Part shown: positions 57,209 through 64,000 of the stretch, in pieces
How positions within the stretch are numbered: position 1 is the stretch's first letter
Layout of the letters: every line of letters starts with the position of its first letter
Assembly: GCA_043800535.1 (NCBI GenBank)
Contig: JAZDMV010000008.1
Location: forward strand, 9,251-73,250
From: a bacterium
Lineage (GTDB): Bacteria > Patescibacteriota > Minisyncoccia > Portnoybacterales > GWB1-42-6
Direction of reading: 5' to 3'
DNA length: 64,000 nucleotides
Notes under the pieces: generated by a model
What the model saw: the letters and a program-made list of their open reading frames with translations, nothing else
Database searches by the model: none
Told to the model about the DNA's origin: nothing
Made by a program: the position numbers and the translations under genes

Positions 57209-57634
57209 ATGGACACTCGTCAGGATAAAAACAAGGCCTTCTGGAACTTCTTTTTTTCCGTTGTATTTGCGGCGCTTTTAGCCGCCTCTCTCTGGTTTTT
57301 GCGAAAGAACGGCCTGCCGCGCGCAATCCCGATCTTTGATTTTATTCTTTTGGGGCTGGCTGTTTTCCGCCTGACCCACCTTTTTGTCTATGATCATATA
57401 ACCGGCTGGCTCCGCGAATTTTTTGAGCGTTTCCAAACTGGGCCGGGCAAAACAATTTCCAATCTTTTATCCTGCCCCTGGTGCACGGGCATCTGGGTGG
57501 CTTTATTTGTCAGTTTCGCTTATTTTGCCACGCCTTATGCCTGGTATGTGATTTTGGTCTTTGCCCTGGCGGGCGCGGGCACACTCGTTGAAATTATTGC
57601 CGGCCACATTATGAGCCATTCGCACAGCGAATAG
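57209..57634 (+). CDS. DUF1360-like membrane protein
   Basis: CPWCTGIW motif within a TM segment; 141 aa. Confidence 0.65.
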   Translation: MDTRQDKNKAFWNFFFSVVFAALLAASLWFLRKNGLPRAIPIFDFILLGLAVFRLTHLFVYDHITGWLREFFERFQTGPGKTISNLLSCPWCTGIWVALFVSFAYFATPYAWYVILVFALAGAGTLVEIIAGHIMSHSHSE

Positions 57635-57659
57635 CGAGCTTTAAGCCCCCTGTCTAATT

Positions 57660-57697
57660 CAAAAAGGCCTCGTAATATAAGAGGCCTTTTTTTGTCA
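57660..57697. terminator. Terminator
   Basis: AAAAAGGCCTC-gtaatataa-GAGGCCTTTTTTTG. Confidence 0.8.
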
Positions 57698-57710
57698 GTA
57701 TTTAAATTAT

Positions 57711-57747
57711 AACTCACCCCACCCCTCTCTTAAATTAAGAGAGGGAG
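57711..57747. repeat. AACTCACCCCACCCCTCTCTT...AAGAGAGGGAG hairpin repeat, copy 2
   Basis: Matches 36951-36993; between convergent gene ends. Confidence 0.7.
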
Positions 57748-57757
57748 AAGAGTAAAA

Positions 57758-58720
57758 TTATTTCACCACCGAATTGATAATGCTTTTGACCGCGTTTACG
57801 GGAATTGAAAAACTGATGTTGTTTGAGCCAACAACCGTGGCCACATTGACGCCCACAACCCTGCCCTGCAGATCAACCAGCGGGCCGCCTGAATTGCCGG
57901 GGTTAATGGCCGCGTCGGTCTGAATGACGCCTGACAATGTTTCGGTGCCACTGGCGGTGGCGGCCTGAATGGTTCGGTTAAGCCCGGAGATTATGCCGAC
58001 AGAAACCGAATTGCTGTATTCGCCAAGCGCGTTGCCAACGGCAAAGACCGTCTGGCCAAGCGCCAGCGCGCCTGAATTGCCCAGCTCCTCGCTTGCATAA
58101 CCGCTGCCCGGAATTTTAATTATGGCAATGTCGTTTGAAGGGTCCCGATACACGACCTGGGCTGTTTTCTGCGCGCCGCTGGCCAGAAGCACAGTATAAT
58201 CGGCGGCGGTATCTTCAACCACGTGGCGGTTGGTTAGAATATAACCGGTTGAACGGATTAAAAATCCTGTGCCGGCGCCGACTTTTTGCCGCTCTGTGCC
58301 GGTTTGCCGATAAACCGGCACGCGGAAGTTAAAATCCTTAAAAAACGGGTCGTTGCCGAACGGATTTTCATAGACAATTTCCAGCTTTGGCACGTCTTTG
58401 GAAATAACAATTGAAACAACCGAAGGCGAGGCTTTGGCCACGGCGGCGGTAAGCAATTCTTCCTGGGATTTTTGCTTGACTTCCTCGCGCCGCGCCAGCT
58501 CATCCTTGACCACAGAGCTTTCTTTGGCCACGTCTTCTATTCGCTGGCCAAGCGCATCAAATTGCTTATTCTGCATTTGGAGCGCGCTTACCTGATTTTC
58601 CAAACTTGCTAAACGCCCATTCTGGTAGCTCAACTTTTTATTCATAATAAAAGCAGTCGTGGCGGCGGTCAGCACGATTACCATAAAAGAGAAAGTAATG
58701 ATTTTGCCGATCTGCGACAT
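57758..58720 (-). CDS. Trypsin-like serine protease (S1C/HtrA-like, no PDZ) with N-terminal TM and coiled coil
   Basis: Catalytic-triad segments TNRHVV, DIAI and NPGNSGGPL. Confidence 0.85.
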   Translation of the reverse strand: MSQIGKIITFSFMVIVLTAATTAFIMNKKLSYQNGRLASLENQVSALQMQNKQFDALGQRIEDVAKESSVVKDELARREEVKQKSQEELLTAAVAKASPSVVSIVISKDVPKLEIVYENPFGNDPFFKDFNFRVPVYRQTGTERQKVGAGTGFLIRSTGYILTNRHVVEDTAADYTVLLASGAQKTAQVVYRDPSNDIAIIKIPGSGYASEELGNSGALALGQTVFAVGNALGEYSNSVSVGIISGLNRTIQAATASGTETLSGVIQTDAAINPGNSGGPLVDLQGRVVGVNVATVVGSNNISFSIPVNAVKSIINSVVK

Positions 58721-58759
58721 AAATGGTATCTCCCCCGTTTAACCGAAGGGGGAGATAAA

Positions 58760-58999
58760 TTATGATACGATCTGTTTGCGGCTTTGTTTCAATATCAGGG
58801 CGCTTAGAACAAACGCGGCGGTGAAAAAAATCGCGCCAAAAAAGCAGGGAGCGTAGAAGGGATTAACGAGGCCGACGGCGCATCCCGTTGTGCAGGCCCG
58901 CTTATTAAACCAGTTGACCAGCTCAATTACAAAATTGGTCCAGGCAAAAAGCGTGCCGGCCAGCAGAACAAAAAATTGGGTTAAAATAAGTTTTTTCAT
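58760..58999 (-). CDS. Small membrane protein with CxxC motif
   Basis: 79 aa, 2-3 TM, with CTTGC and PC motifs. Confidence 0.45.
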   Translation of the reverse strand: MKKLILTQFFVLLAGTLFAWTNFVIELVNWFNKRACTTGCAVGLVNPFYAPCFFGAIFFTAAFVLSALILKQSRKQIVS

Positions 59000-59125
59000 A
59001 TTGATTATATTTTACGCAAAGCGCAAGATCATGTCAATCAAAATTTTTGTTGACAAGATAGCTTAAATATGATATCATTTTTTATTCTTTAACAACCGAA
59101 AAATCCCGAATTAAGGAGGCAAAAT

Positions 59126-59557
59126 ATGAAATCGATCATTTACGCATGCGTAGCACTCGTGCTTTATGCAACGCAAAATGTTGTTTTGGAACAGAAACTG
59201 GCAAAATGCAACACCTTTTCGTTGCTCGTTCTGCTTTATTCAGCAATGCTGCCGCTGGCGATTGCCGGATACTGGTTTTTTGCAAGGCGCCAGGGAGCCT
59301 TTCTTCCGCCAGGGAATCTTTTATGGATCACTCTTTTGGTGGGCGTGGTTTACTTCTTCGCGGATGCGTTTTTTATCAGCGCCTACACTAGCGGAGGAAA
59401 TCTGATCGCGATAGCCACGATCGCGGCTTTATTTCCGGTGTTTGCGTCTGTTGTGAAATATCTCTGGGTTGGCGGCTTGCCCAACAGATACCAGATTATT
59501 GGGTATCTATTTGCGGCAATAGCGGTCATTTTTATGGCAAAGGGGCAGACCAATTGA
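59126..59557 (+). CDS. EamA/DMT-superfamily-like 4-TM membrane protein
   Basis: RBS TTAAGGAGG before ATG; 143 aa, four TM helices. Confidence 0.55.
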   Translation: MKSIIYACVALVLYATQNVVLEQKLAKCNTFSLLVLLYSAMLPLAIAGYWFFARRQGAFLPPGNLLWITLLVGVVYFFADAFFISAYTSGGNLIAIATIAALFPVFASVVKYLWVGGLPNRYQIIGYLFAAIAVIFMAKGQTN

Positions 59558-59571
59558 AAGGAGGGAAAGAG

Positions 59572-59787
59572 ATGGCACGGGTTGTCAAGAAAGAGATTGT
59601 TAAATGTCCAGGTTGTGGCAGTGAGTCGCGCTTTGCGGTTTATGACTGCGGGTGCGTAATATTTGAGAGAGGAGGTGTGCATAGGGGAGATAAGTGCCCT
59701 GGCCGGAAGAAAGATTTCTTTCAGAACCAGCAAATGCGCTGCGGGCAGAAAGGAGATTCGGAGACCCACGAGGCAAAAATGTCTTAG
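59572..59787 (+). CDS. Small zinc-ribbon-like Cys-rich protein
   Basis: RBS AAAGGAGGGAAAGAG before ATG; CPGCGS...CGC...CPG cysteines. Confidence 0.5.
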   Translation: MARVVKKEIVKCPGCGSESRFAVYDCGCVIFERGGVHRGDKCPGRKKDFFQNQQMRCGQKGDSETHEAKMS

Positions 59788-59804
59788 GTTAAAAAGTCGG
59801 GAAA

Positions 59805-59850
59805 TAAAAAACCCATCAGGCATCATCTTGGTGGGTTTTCTTTTCTTCTT
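59805..59850 (+). terminator. Terminator
   Basis: AAACCCA-tcaggcatcatcttgg-TGGGTTT followed by TCTTTTCTTCTT. Confidence 0.6.
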
Positions 59851-59860
59851 GGCAATAATA

Positions 59861-59892
59861 AATCTGGATTCCCGCTTTCGCGGGAATGACAG
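59861..59892. repeat. Copy F of the GGATTCC-hairpin-GGAATGACA element (short form)
   Basis: AATCTGGATTCCCGCtttcGCGGGAATGACAG; identical core to the priA-internal copy. Confidence 0.8.
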
Positions 59893-59926
59893 ATTGGAGG
59901 GGTAATGGCAAAATATCATTGGATAT

Positions 59927-61135
59927 CTAAAACGGCTGGCGGAATTCGGTTTCGCCGAGGCGGTTAAGCGCCCTGTTTTTTTCCGAAAATGGCAATTTGG
60001 CGCGGCTGACGTATTTTTTCATTGTTTCTATTGTTTGGTCATAGGTTTTGCGGTCAACCGGATAAGGCGTGCCGTCTTTGCCGCCGTGGGCGAAGCTGTA
60101 GCGCGCCGGGTCTTCATAAGAAGGTTTCGCGCCATAAAGGACTTCAGCCACCAAAGCGAGCGCCCGGATTGTTTTTGGGCCGACGCCCTCGCGCGAAAGC
60201 AATTTTTCAAAATTTTCCGGCTTTTCATCACAAAGCCGCCAGAGAATTTTTTGCAGGTATTTGCTTCTTGAAAAATCTTCGGTCACGACCGGATGCCATT
60301 TAAATTCCTTTGTTTCAAGGTTCATAAATTTAAGGCGCTGCTGGCCGCTCATATCGGAAATTTCAAACGTCTGCGAAACGGGAGTTATATGTTTGCTTAA
60401 AATTATCAAGTCCTTCATTAACGTGTTAAACCCCTGCGAAGAAACCAGATCTTTACTTGTTTCCCGGTTTTTTGTGCTGGCGCTGGCGGTTAAGTCAAGC
60501 GTGTGGGCCAAACGTGTTTGCGAAGCGATGCCTGAATGCGGCTCGCAGACAAGGTCTTTGACGCTTTTTGAATGCCAATGATATCGCCGGGCGGTTTGGT
60601 TTTGCGTATTCATTCCCTGCTGGACAACTGTCCAGGCGCCATTGCGGGTGAAAAAGAAAGCATGGTGATAAATTGCAAAGCCATCCTGCAGGAGCGCGCT
60701 GTCAACTTTGGCCGCCATTCTGGAATTGTAGACAAGGGCGCGTGAACTTTCATTGGCCAGATTTATGCGCTCGCTCCATGTTTTTATTTCTTCCGGTGTT
60801 TTCAAAGATGTTTTGCCTTTACCGCCGCAGATAAAAATGCCAAGGTCTTTTTCGTTGTCTCTTATCGCCTCTTTTAAAGCCGCGGTCAAAATTGTCGTGA
60901 GCCCTGAAGCGTTCCAGTCAAATGCCAAAACAGTGCCGAGCGTTTGAAACCAGGCCGGGTCCGCCAGCCGGCGGATAAATTCGTCGGGCCCTTCTTCGGC
61001 GGCGATGGCAAAAATCATTTCCTTGCCCAAAGCAACCATTCGTTCAAAAAGCCATCGCGGGCATTTGCCAAAATCCAGCCCGAAAGTTGCGATGCCGCGT
61101 TGGATCATAATTTTCTCTAAAATTTCAAGCCGCAA
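59927..61135 (-). CDS. DUF763-like protein
   Basis: 402 aa soluble protein; conserved-looking segments (GVGPKTIRALALVAEVLYG). Family assignment from memory only. Confidence 0.5.
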   Translation of the reverse strand: MRLEILEKIMIQRGIATFGLDFGKCPRWLFERMVALGKEMIFAIAAEEGPDEFIRRLADPAWFQTLGTVLAFDWNASGLTTILTAALKEAIRDNEKDLGIFICGGKGKTSLKTPEEIKTWSERINLANESSRALVYNSRMAAKVDSALLQDGFAIYHHAFFFTRNGAWTVVQQGMNTQNQTARRYHWHSKSVKDLVCEPHSGIASQTRLAHTLDLTASASTKNRETSKDLVSSQGFNTLMKDLIILSKHITPVSQTFEISDMSGQQRLKFMNLETKEFKWHPVVTEDFSRSKYLQKILWRLCDEKPENFEKLLSREGVGPKTIRALALVAEVLYGAKPSYEDPARYSFAHGGKDGTPYPVDRKTYDQTIETMKKYVSRAKLPFSEKNRALNRLGETEFRQPF

Positions 61136-61392
61136 GGCGCAAAAATTTTAGCCAGAAAATATGAACCCCGCATTAATTTTGCCATTTTTTACGCATTTAT
61201 TGTTAGAAATCAATAAAGTCGTTTTTTATTTTACGGCATGCGTGGCCGAATAGGCCATCCCGTTTTGGGCGAAGCGTGCCGCCTCTCGCATACCTGCAAA
61301 ATTAGTGCGTGGGTCATACCATAGATATATTTTTTAACAAAAATAATCTTCTATATCATATCATATGTGCTAGAGACAAAACTGTCCACAAA

Positions 61393-61437
61393 AAGAAAAG
61401 CCCGTTTGGCAGTTTGGCTGCGGCGGGCTTGGGTATG
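61393..61437 (-). terminator. Terminator
   Basis: AAGCCCG-19 nt loop-CGGGCTT followed by TTCTTTTTGTGG on the minus strand. Confidence 0.5.
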
Positions 61438-61454
61438 GGTTGATCGGTGAGGAG

Positions 61455-62003
61455 TTAAATGATGGTATTGGTAAAAAGAACAGGGTAAATCACGCCTTTG
61501 ACAGAGACAACGTTAAACGAGACATTTTGGTTTACAATTTTTGCGCGAACTTTGTTCAGAAAATAGCGGATACGGCAATTTTTCGGAGCGGGCAAATTTT
61601 GATCGTTCAGCACGCAGGCGCCGTTGTTCTTGTCGTTGCGATCTACCTTTGCGCAGGTAAAGTGGTACAAACCGCTGACTTTCATGAACCGGCAAGGCGG
61701 CAACTGAATAATATATCTGCTTTGGTCGATCCAGAAAATTTTTTCCTCGCCCGCGTCTCCGCCGATGCCAGCGCCTAAAAAATCGTTCATAAATTTAGCA
61801 ATAGCTTCTTCCGGGGTCTGCGCCGCAATAACGCATGAACGCGGGCTGACGCTGGGCTGGTGCCGGAGCACAAATTTCTCTTCCAGCTGGCATAGTTCGT
61901 CATATCTGACGAGAATGCCTATGTTATCAATTACGATTGGCGCGGAATTCAGTCCTTTTCCTATTTTGACCCACCTCATGAGAATTGGAATTTGCCATAA
62001 CAT
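61455..62003 (-). CDS. Hypothetical protein (182 aa)
   Basis: RBS AAGGGGGTGAG before ATG at 62003; no recognisable motif. Confidence 0.5.
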   Translation of the reverse strand: MLWQIPILMRWVKIGKGLNSAPIVIDNIGILVRYDELCQLEEKFVLRHQPSVSPRSCVIAAQTPEEAIAKFMNDFLGAGIGGDAGEEKIFWIDQSRYIIQLPPCRFMKVSGLYHFTCAKVDRNDKNNGACVLNDQNLPAPKNCRIRYFLNKVRAKIVNQNVSFNVVSVKGVIYPVLFTNTII

Positions 62004-62086
62004 TATTCTCACCCCCTTTGATAGTATTACGAACTGTCCTTTTGGTAGATATTAGCGGACGGTTTATTTGGTGTCAATGGCGGGAA

Positions 62087-62128
62087 TGAAAAAGCGGTTC
62101 GCGAGAATTTTTCTCGCGAACCGCTGTG
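62087..62128 (-). terminator. Strong rho-independent terminator
   Basis: AAGCGGTTCGCGAGA-atttt-TCTCGCGAACCGCT followed by TTTTTCATTCC on the minus strand. Confidence 0.85.
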
Positions 62129-62140
62129 AGAACAGTAGAC

Positions 62141-62854
62141 TTAAGGAGCGTAGATGCCAAAGCCCGGACTGAGAGCGCTTTTTATAGACAGACCTTTTTT
62201 ACCAGCGCAGGGGTCATTGTAAACTTCCTGGATAACAGCAAAGGCTTCCCATATTTGTGGGCCGATCTCGGTACCATCTGCAGCATACCAGGTTTGTTCG
62301 CCGTAATACGCATCTGTAGGTGGACCTTCATAGGCATCAGCCGGGGCCGCGACAATTTTTACAAAATCAAACCATGAGCACTCAATGCCAGCTTCGGTAT
62401 ACTCGCCGCTATTGTGGTTTGTGAGCCATGCACCAGAGCCGATATACGGGGAACTCCTGTCAAGCAAGCCATCGCCATCGCAATCCATATTTGACAGCCA
62501 GGCATCATTCCACTTCATCATTACGCGGTCGTGGCGATAGGGCCAGTACCATTTAGTGGCGGCAGTAGGATTCTGAGTCAGGTAGGATGCATCGTCTCCG
62601 TTATAAGGAGGCAAACCGTCTTTGCCAACGTAAGCATTTGCATACGAACCGATGAAAGAATGGGCTTGATAGTTGTAGCCGAAAACGTCATATCCGGGCG
62701 TGATCGGCTGTCCAGCCAGATAATGGCCGACAGAGTACGTAATCAATCCGTCCTTTAGGGTCGTGCAGGATGATTTTAATCCTGCAAAGGCGATTGAGGA
62801 CATCAACGACATAGCAATCAACGCAGTCAGTAGCAGAAATATCCATTTCTTCAT
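62141..62854 (-). CDS. Secreted protein with calcium-binding-type D-x-D-x-D-G motif
   Basis: Signal peptide MKKWIFLLLTALIAMSLMSSIAFA; DCDGDGLLDR motif; W/Y/G-rich. Confidence 0.6.
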   Translation of the reverse strand: MKKWIFLLLTALIAMSLMSSIAFAGLKSSCTTLKDGLITYSVGHYLAGQPITPGYDVFGYNYQAHSFIGSYANAYVGKDGLPPYNGDDASYLTQNPTAATKWYWPYRHDRVMMKWNDAWLSNMDCDGDGLLDRSSPYIGSGAWLTNHNSGEYTEAGIECSWFDFVKIVAAPADAYEGPPTDAYYGEQTWYAADGTEIGPQIWEAFAVIQEVYNDPCAGKKGLSIKSALSPGFGIYAP

Positions 62855-62916
62855 TCTTTTCCCTCCTTTTTTGAATTTGGTCTTACGTTTAAGAAACTTT
62901 ATTCACCTCCTCTCTT

Positions 62917-63120
62917 CTAGAATGGTGGCTTGCATGGCTTGTCAGAAAAAAGGTCAACGAACGCGGCAATCAGGCCGATTAAAACGACAGCGGAAATCAC
63001 AGCCAGGACGGCGTTAGGCAGGATCTTTATGATTGCCACAAGAGCAATAAGAACTGCACCCATCTTTGCTGAAAAACGCAGGTCCCCTTTTGTGAAAACC
63101 GGTTGCGGCTTGAATGGCAT
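62917..63120 (-). CDS. Small membrane protein (67 aa)
   Basis: RBS AAAGGGGGTG before ATG; one or two TM helices. Confidence 0.5.
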   Translation of the reverse strand: MPFKPQPVFTKGDLRFSAKMGAVLIALVAIIKILPNAVLAVISAVVLIGLIAAFVDLFSDKPCKPPF

Positions 63121-63287
63121 TTTGCACCCCCTTTAAAAGATTTTGAAAAGAACGGCTGAAATATAAAGAGTAATATGCTTTTTGTTTTACTCGCTATCTT
63201 CAATAATAAAACACTGACACGGAAATGTCAATGTTTTTGGTACAAAAATTTTCTCGCGCAAATAAACAACATTCGCCCATTTGGGCG

Positions 63288-63324
63288 GGATTCCTCCCCC
63301 GCGAATGCGGGGTCGGAATGACAG
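63288..63324. repeat. Copy G of the GGATTCC-hairpin-GGAATGACA element (variant inner hairpin)
   Basis: GGGATTCC-TCCCCCGCgaatGCGGGGTC-GGAATGACAG. Confidence 0.75.
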
Positions 63325-63343
63325 AACAATAGGAATCGTCCTG

Positions 63344-63610
63344 TCAGCTTTTTGGCAGGTCTTTGCGGAATTTTTTATCAATTTCGCGCAGGGCGGCTTT
63401 CATCTCTTGCTCGGATTTTTCCTCTTCTTCCGGCGTAATTTCCACCACTCCCTCTTTTTGGACAGCTTCTGTCGCCTCGCGCATTTTTTGCTGCTGTTTT
63501 GGCAGATCGCCCTGCTTCTTTGCTTTTTCAATTTCTTCGGGCGTCAAACTGAACTGGCCTTTCGTATATTTTGACAGATCCGGCTTTTCTATATTTGGTT
63601 GTTCGTGCAT
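63344..63610 (-). CDS. Hypothetical charged small protein (88 aa)
   Basis: K/E-rich ORF; moderate coding look. Confidence 0.4.
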   Translation of the reverse strand: MHEQPNIEKPDLSKYTKGQFSLTPEEIEKAKKQGDLPKQQQKMREATEAVQKEGVVEITPEEEEKSEQEMKAALREIDKKFRKDLPKS

Positions 63611-63701
63611 AAGTTTGGCCTAAAATAGCCTTCGACTCCGCCCCTCGCCAAGCTCGGGGCTTCGCTCAGGCAATAATAACGCTGGCCTTATTATATCATT
63701 A

Positions 63702-64000
63702 ATTATTCAAACTTTACAACAACGATCTCCGGCGCGGCGCCCACGCGCAGAGGCGGGCCCCAGGTGCCTGTGCCGGAAGAAGTATAAACAAACATGTCCC
63801 CTGTTTTATTCAAGCCGTAATCAAAACCCTTATAGACAAAATGCGTGATAATGCTGTTTGGGAATATCTGGCCTTGATGAGAATGGCCGGAAATTTGGAG
63901 TGATACGCCCGCATTCTTGGCAATATCAATGTCAAAAGGAGAATGTTTAAGAAGGATGCTGGGTTTTGTCGCGTCTATATTTAGCGATTGCAGAATTTGC
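63702..64000 (-). CDS. Metallophosphoesterase (calcineurin-like), C-terminal part; gene continues beyond the window
   Basis: GHSHQGQIFP...GTWGPPLRVG motifs typical of YkuE-like phosphoesterases. No start codon within the window. Confidence 0.6.

Noticed and set aside
3929-63324. Possibility that the dispersed repeats form a CRISPR array
   Set aside because: Copies are tens of kb apart, not regularly spaced with unique spacers, and there are no cas genes. The lone Cas4-like PD-(D/E)XK nuclease is a common stand-alone RecB-family protein.

Overview
This 64-kb window looks like a compact, gene-dense bacterial chromosome segment (about 90% coding, moderate GC, short spacers, many tiny membrane proteins and pilin-like genes). 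It is probably from a small-genome, Patescibacteria/CPR-like or Gram-positive-like organism; that assignment is inference only.

Gene content is dominated by cell envelope and housekeeping functions:
- a dcw fragment (mraY, murD, ftsW, murG) together with gltX
- an M23 peptidase, an L,D-transpeptidase, a D-Ala-D-Ala carboxypeptidase and a large amidase-SpoIID fusion hydrolase
- a wall-glycan cluster (wecB/tagA-like, three GT2, one GT4, an O-antigen-ligase-like protein, an LCP protein)
- priA, fmt, pyrG, rplI, rpmA, ychF, ctpA, malic enzyme, an ECF sigma/anti-sigma pair, a P-type ATPase and an ABC transporter
- tRNA-Ala(UGC) and tRNA-Ile(GAU)

There is no CRISPR array, transposase or integrase.

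The most unusual content is non-genic:
- Several families of short palindromic, hairpin-forming repeats are scattered through the spacers. One is a modular element ending in GGAATGACA, one is a 42-nt perfect palindrome whose copies differ by compensatory substitutions, and two are smaller families.
- Two repeat copies are inserted in frame inside genes (priA and a GT4 glycosyltransferase), in the manner of Rickettsia palindromic elements.
- A GT2 gene contains a heptanucleotide tandem repeat (AAATGTC)x4, a possible phase-variation tract.
- A radical-SAM gene sits immediately upstream of a small secreted peptide.
- An uncharacterised cassette (HNH-like protein, stand-alone AsnB-type PP-loop ATPase, a 387-aa orphan and a ~125-aa partner) lies next to ychF.
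- tRNA 5'-fragments sit next to tRNA-Ala.
- A gene-poor 1.7-kb, repeat-filled insertion separates mraY from murD.
- The amidase gene has a long promoter-bearing leader that may hold a riboswitch.
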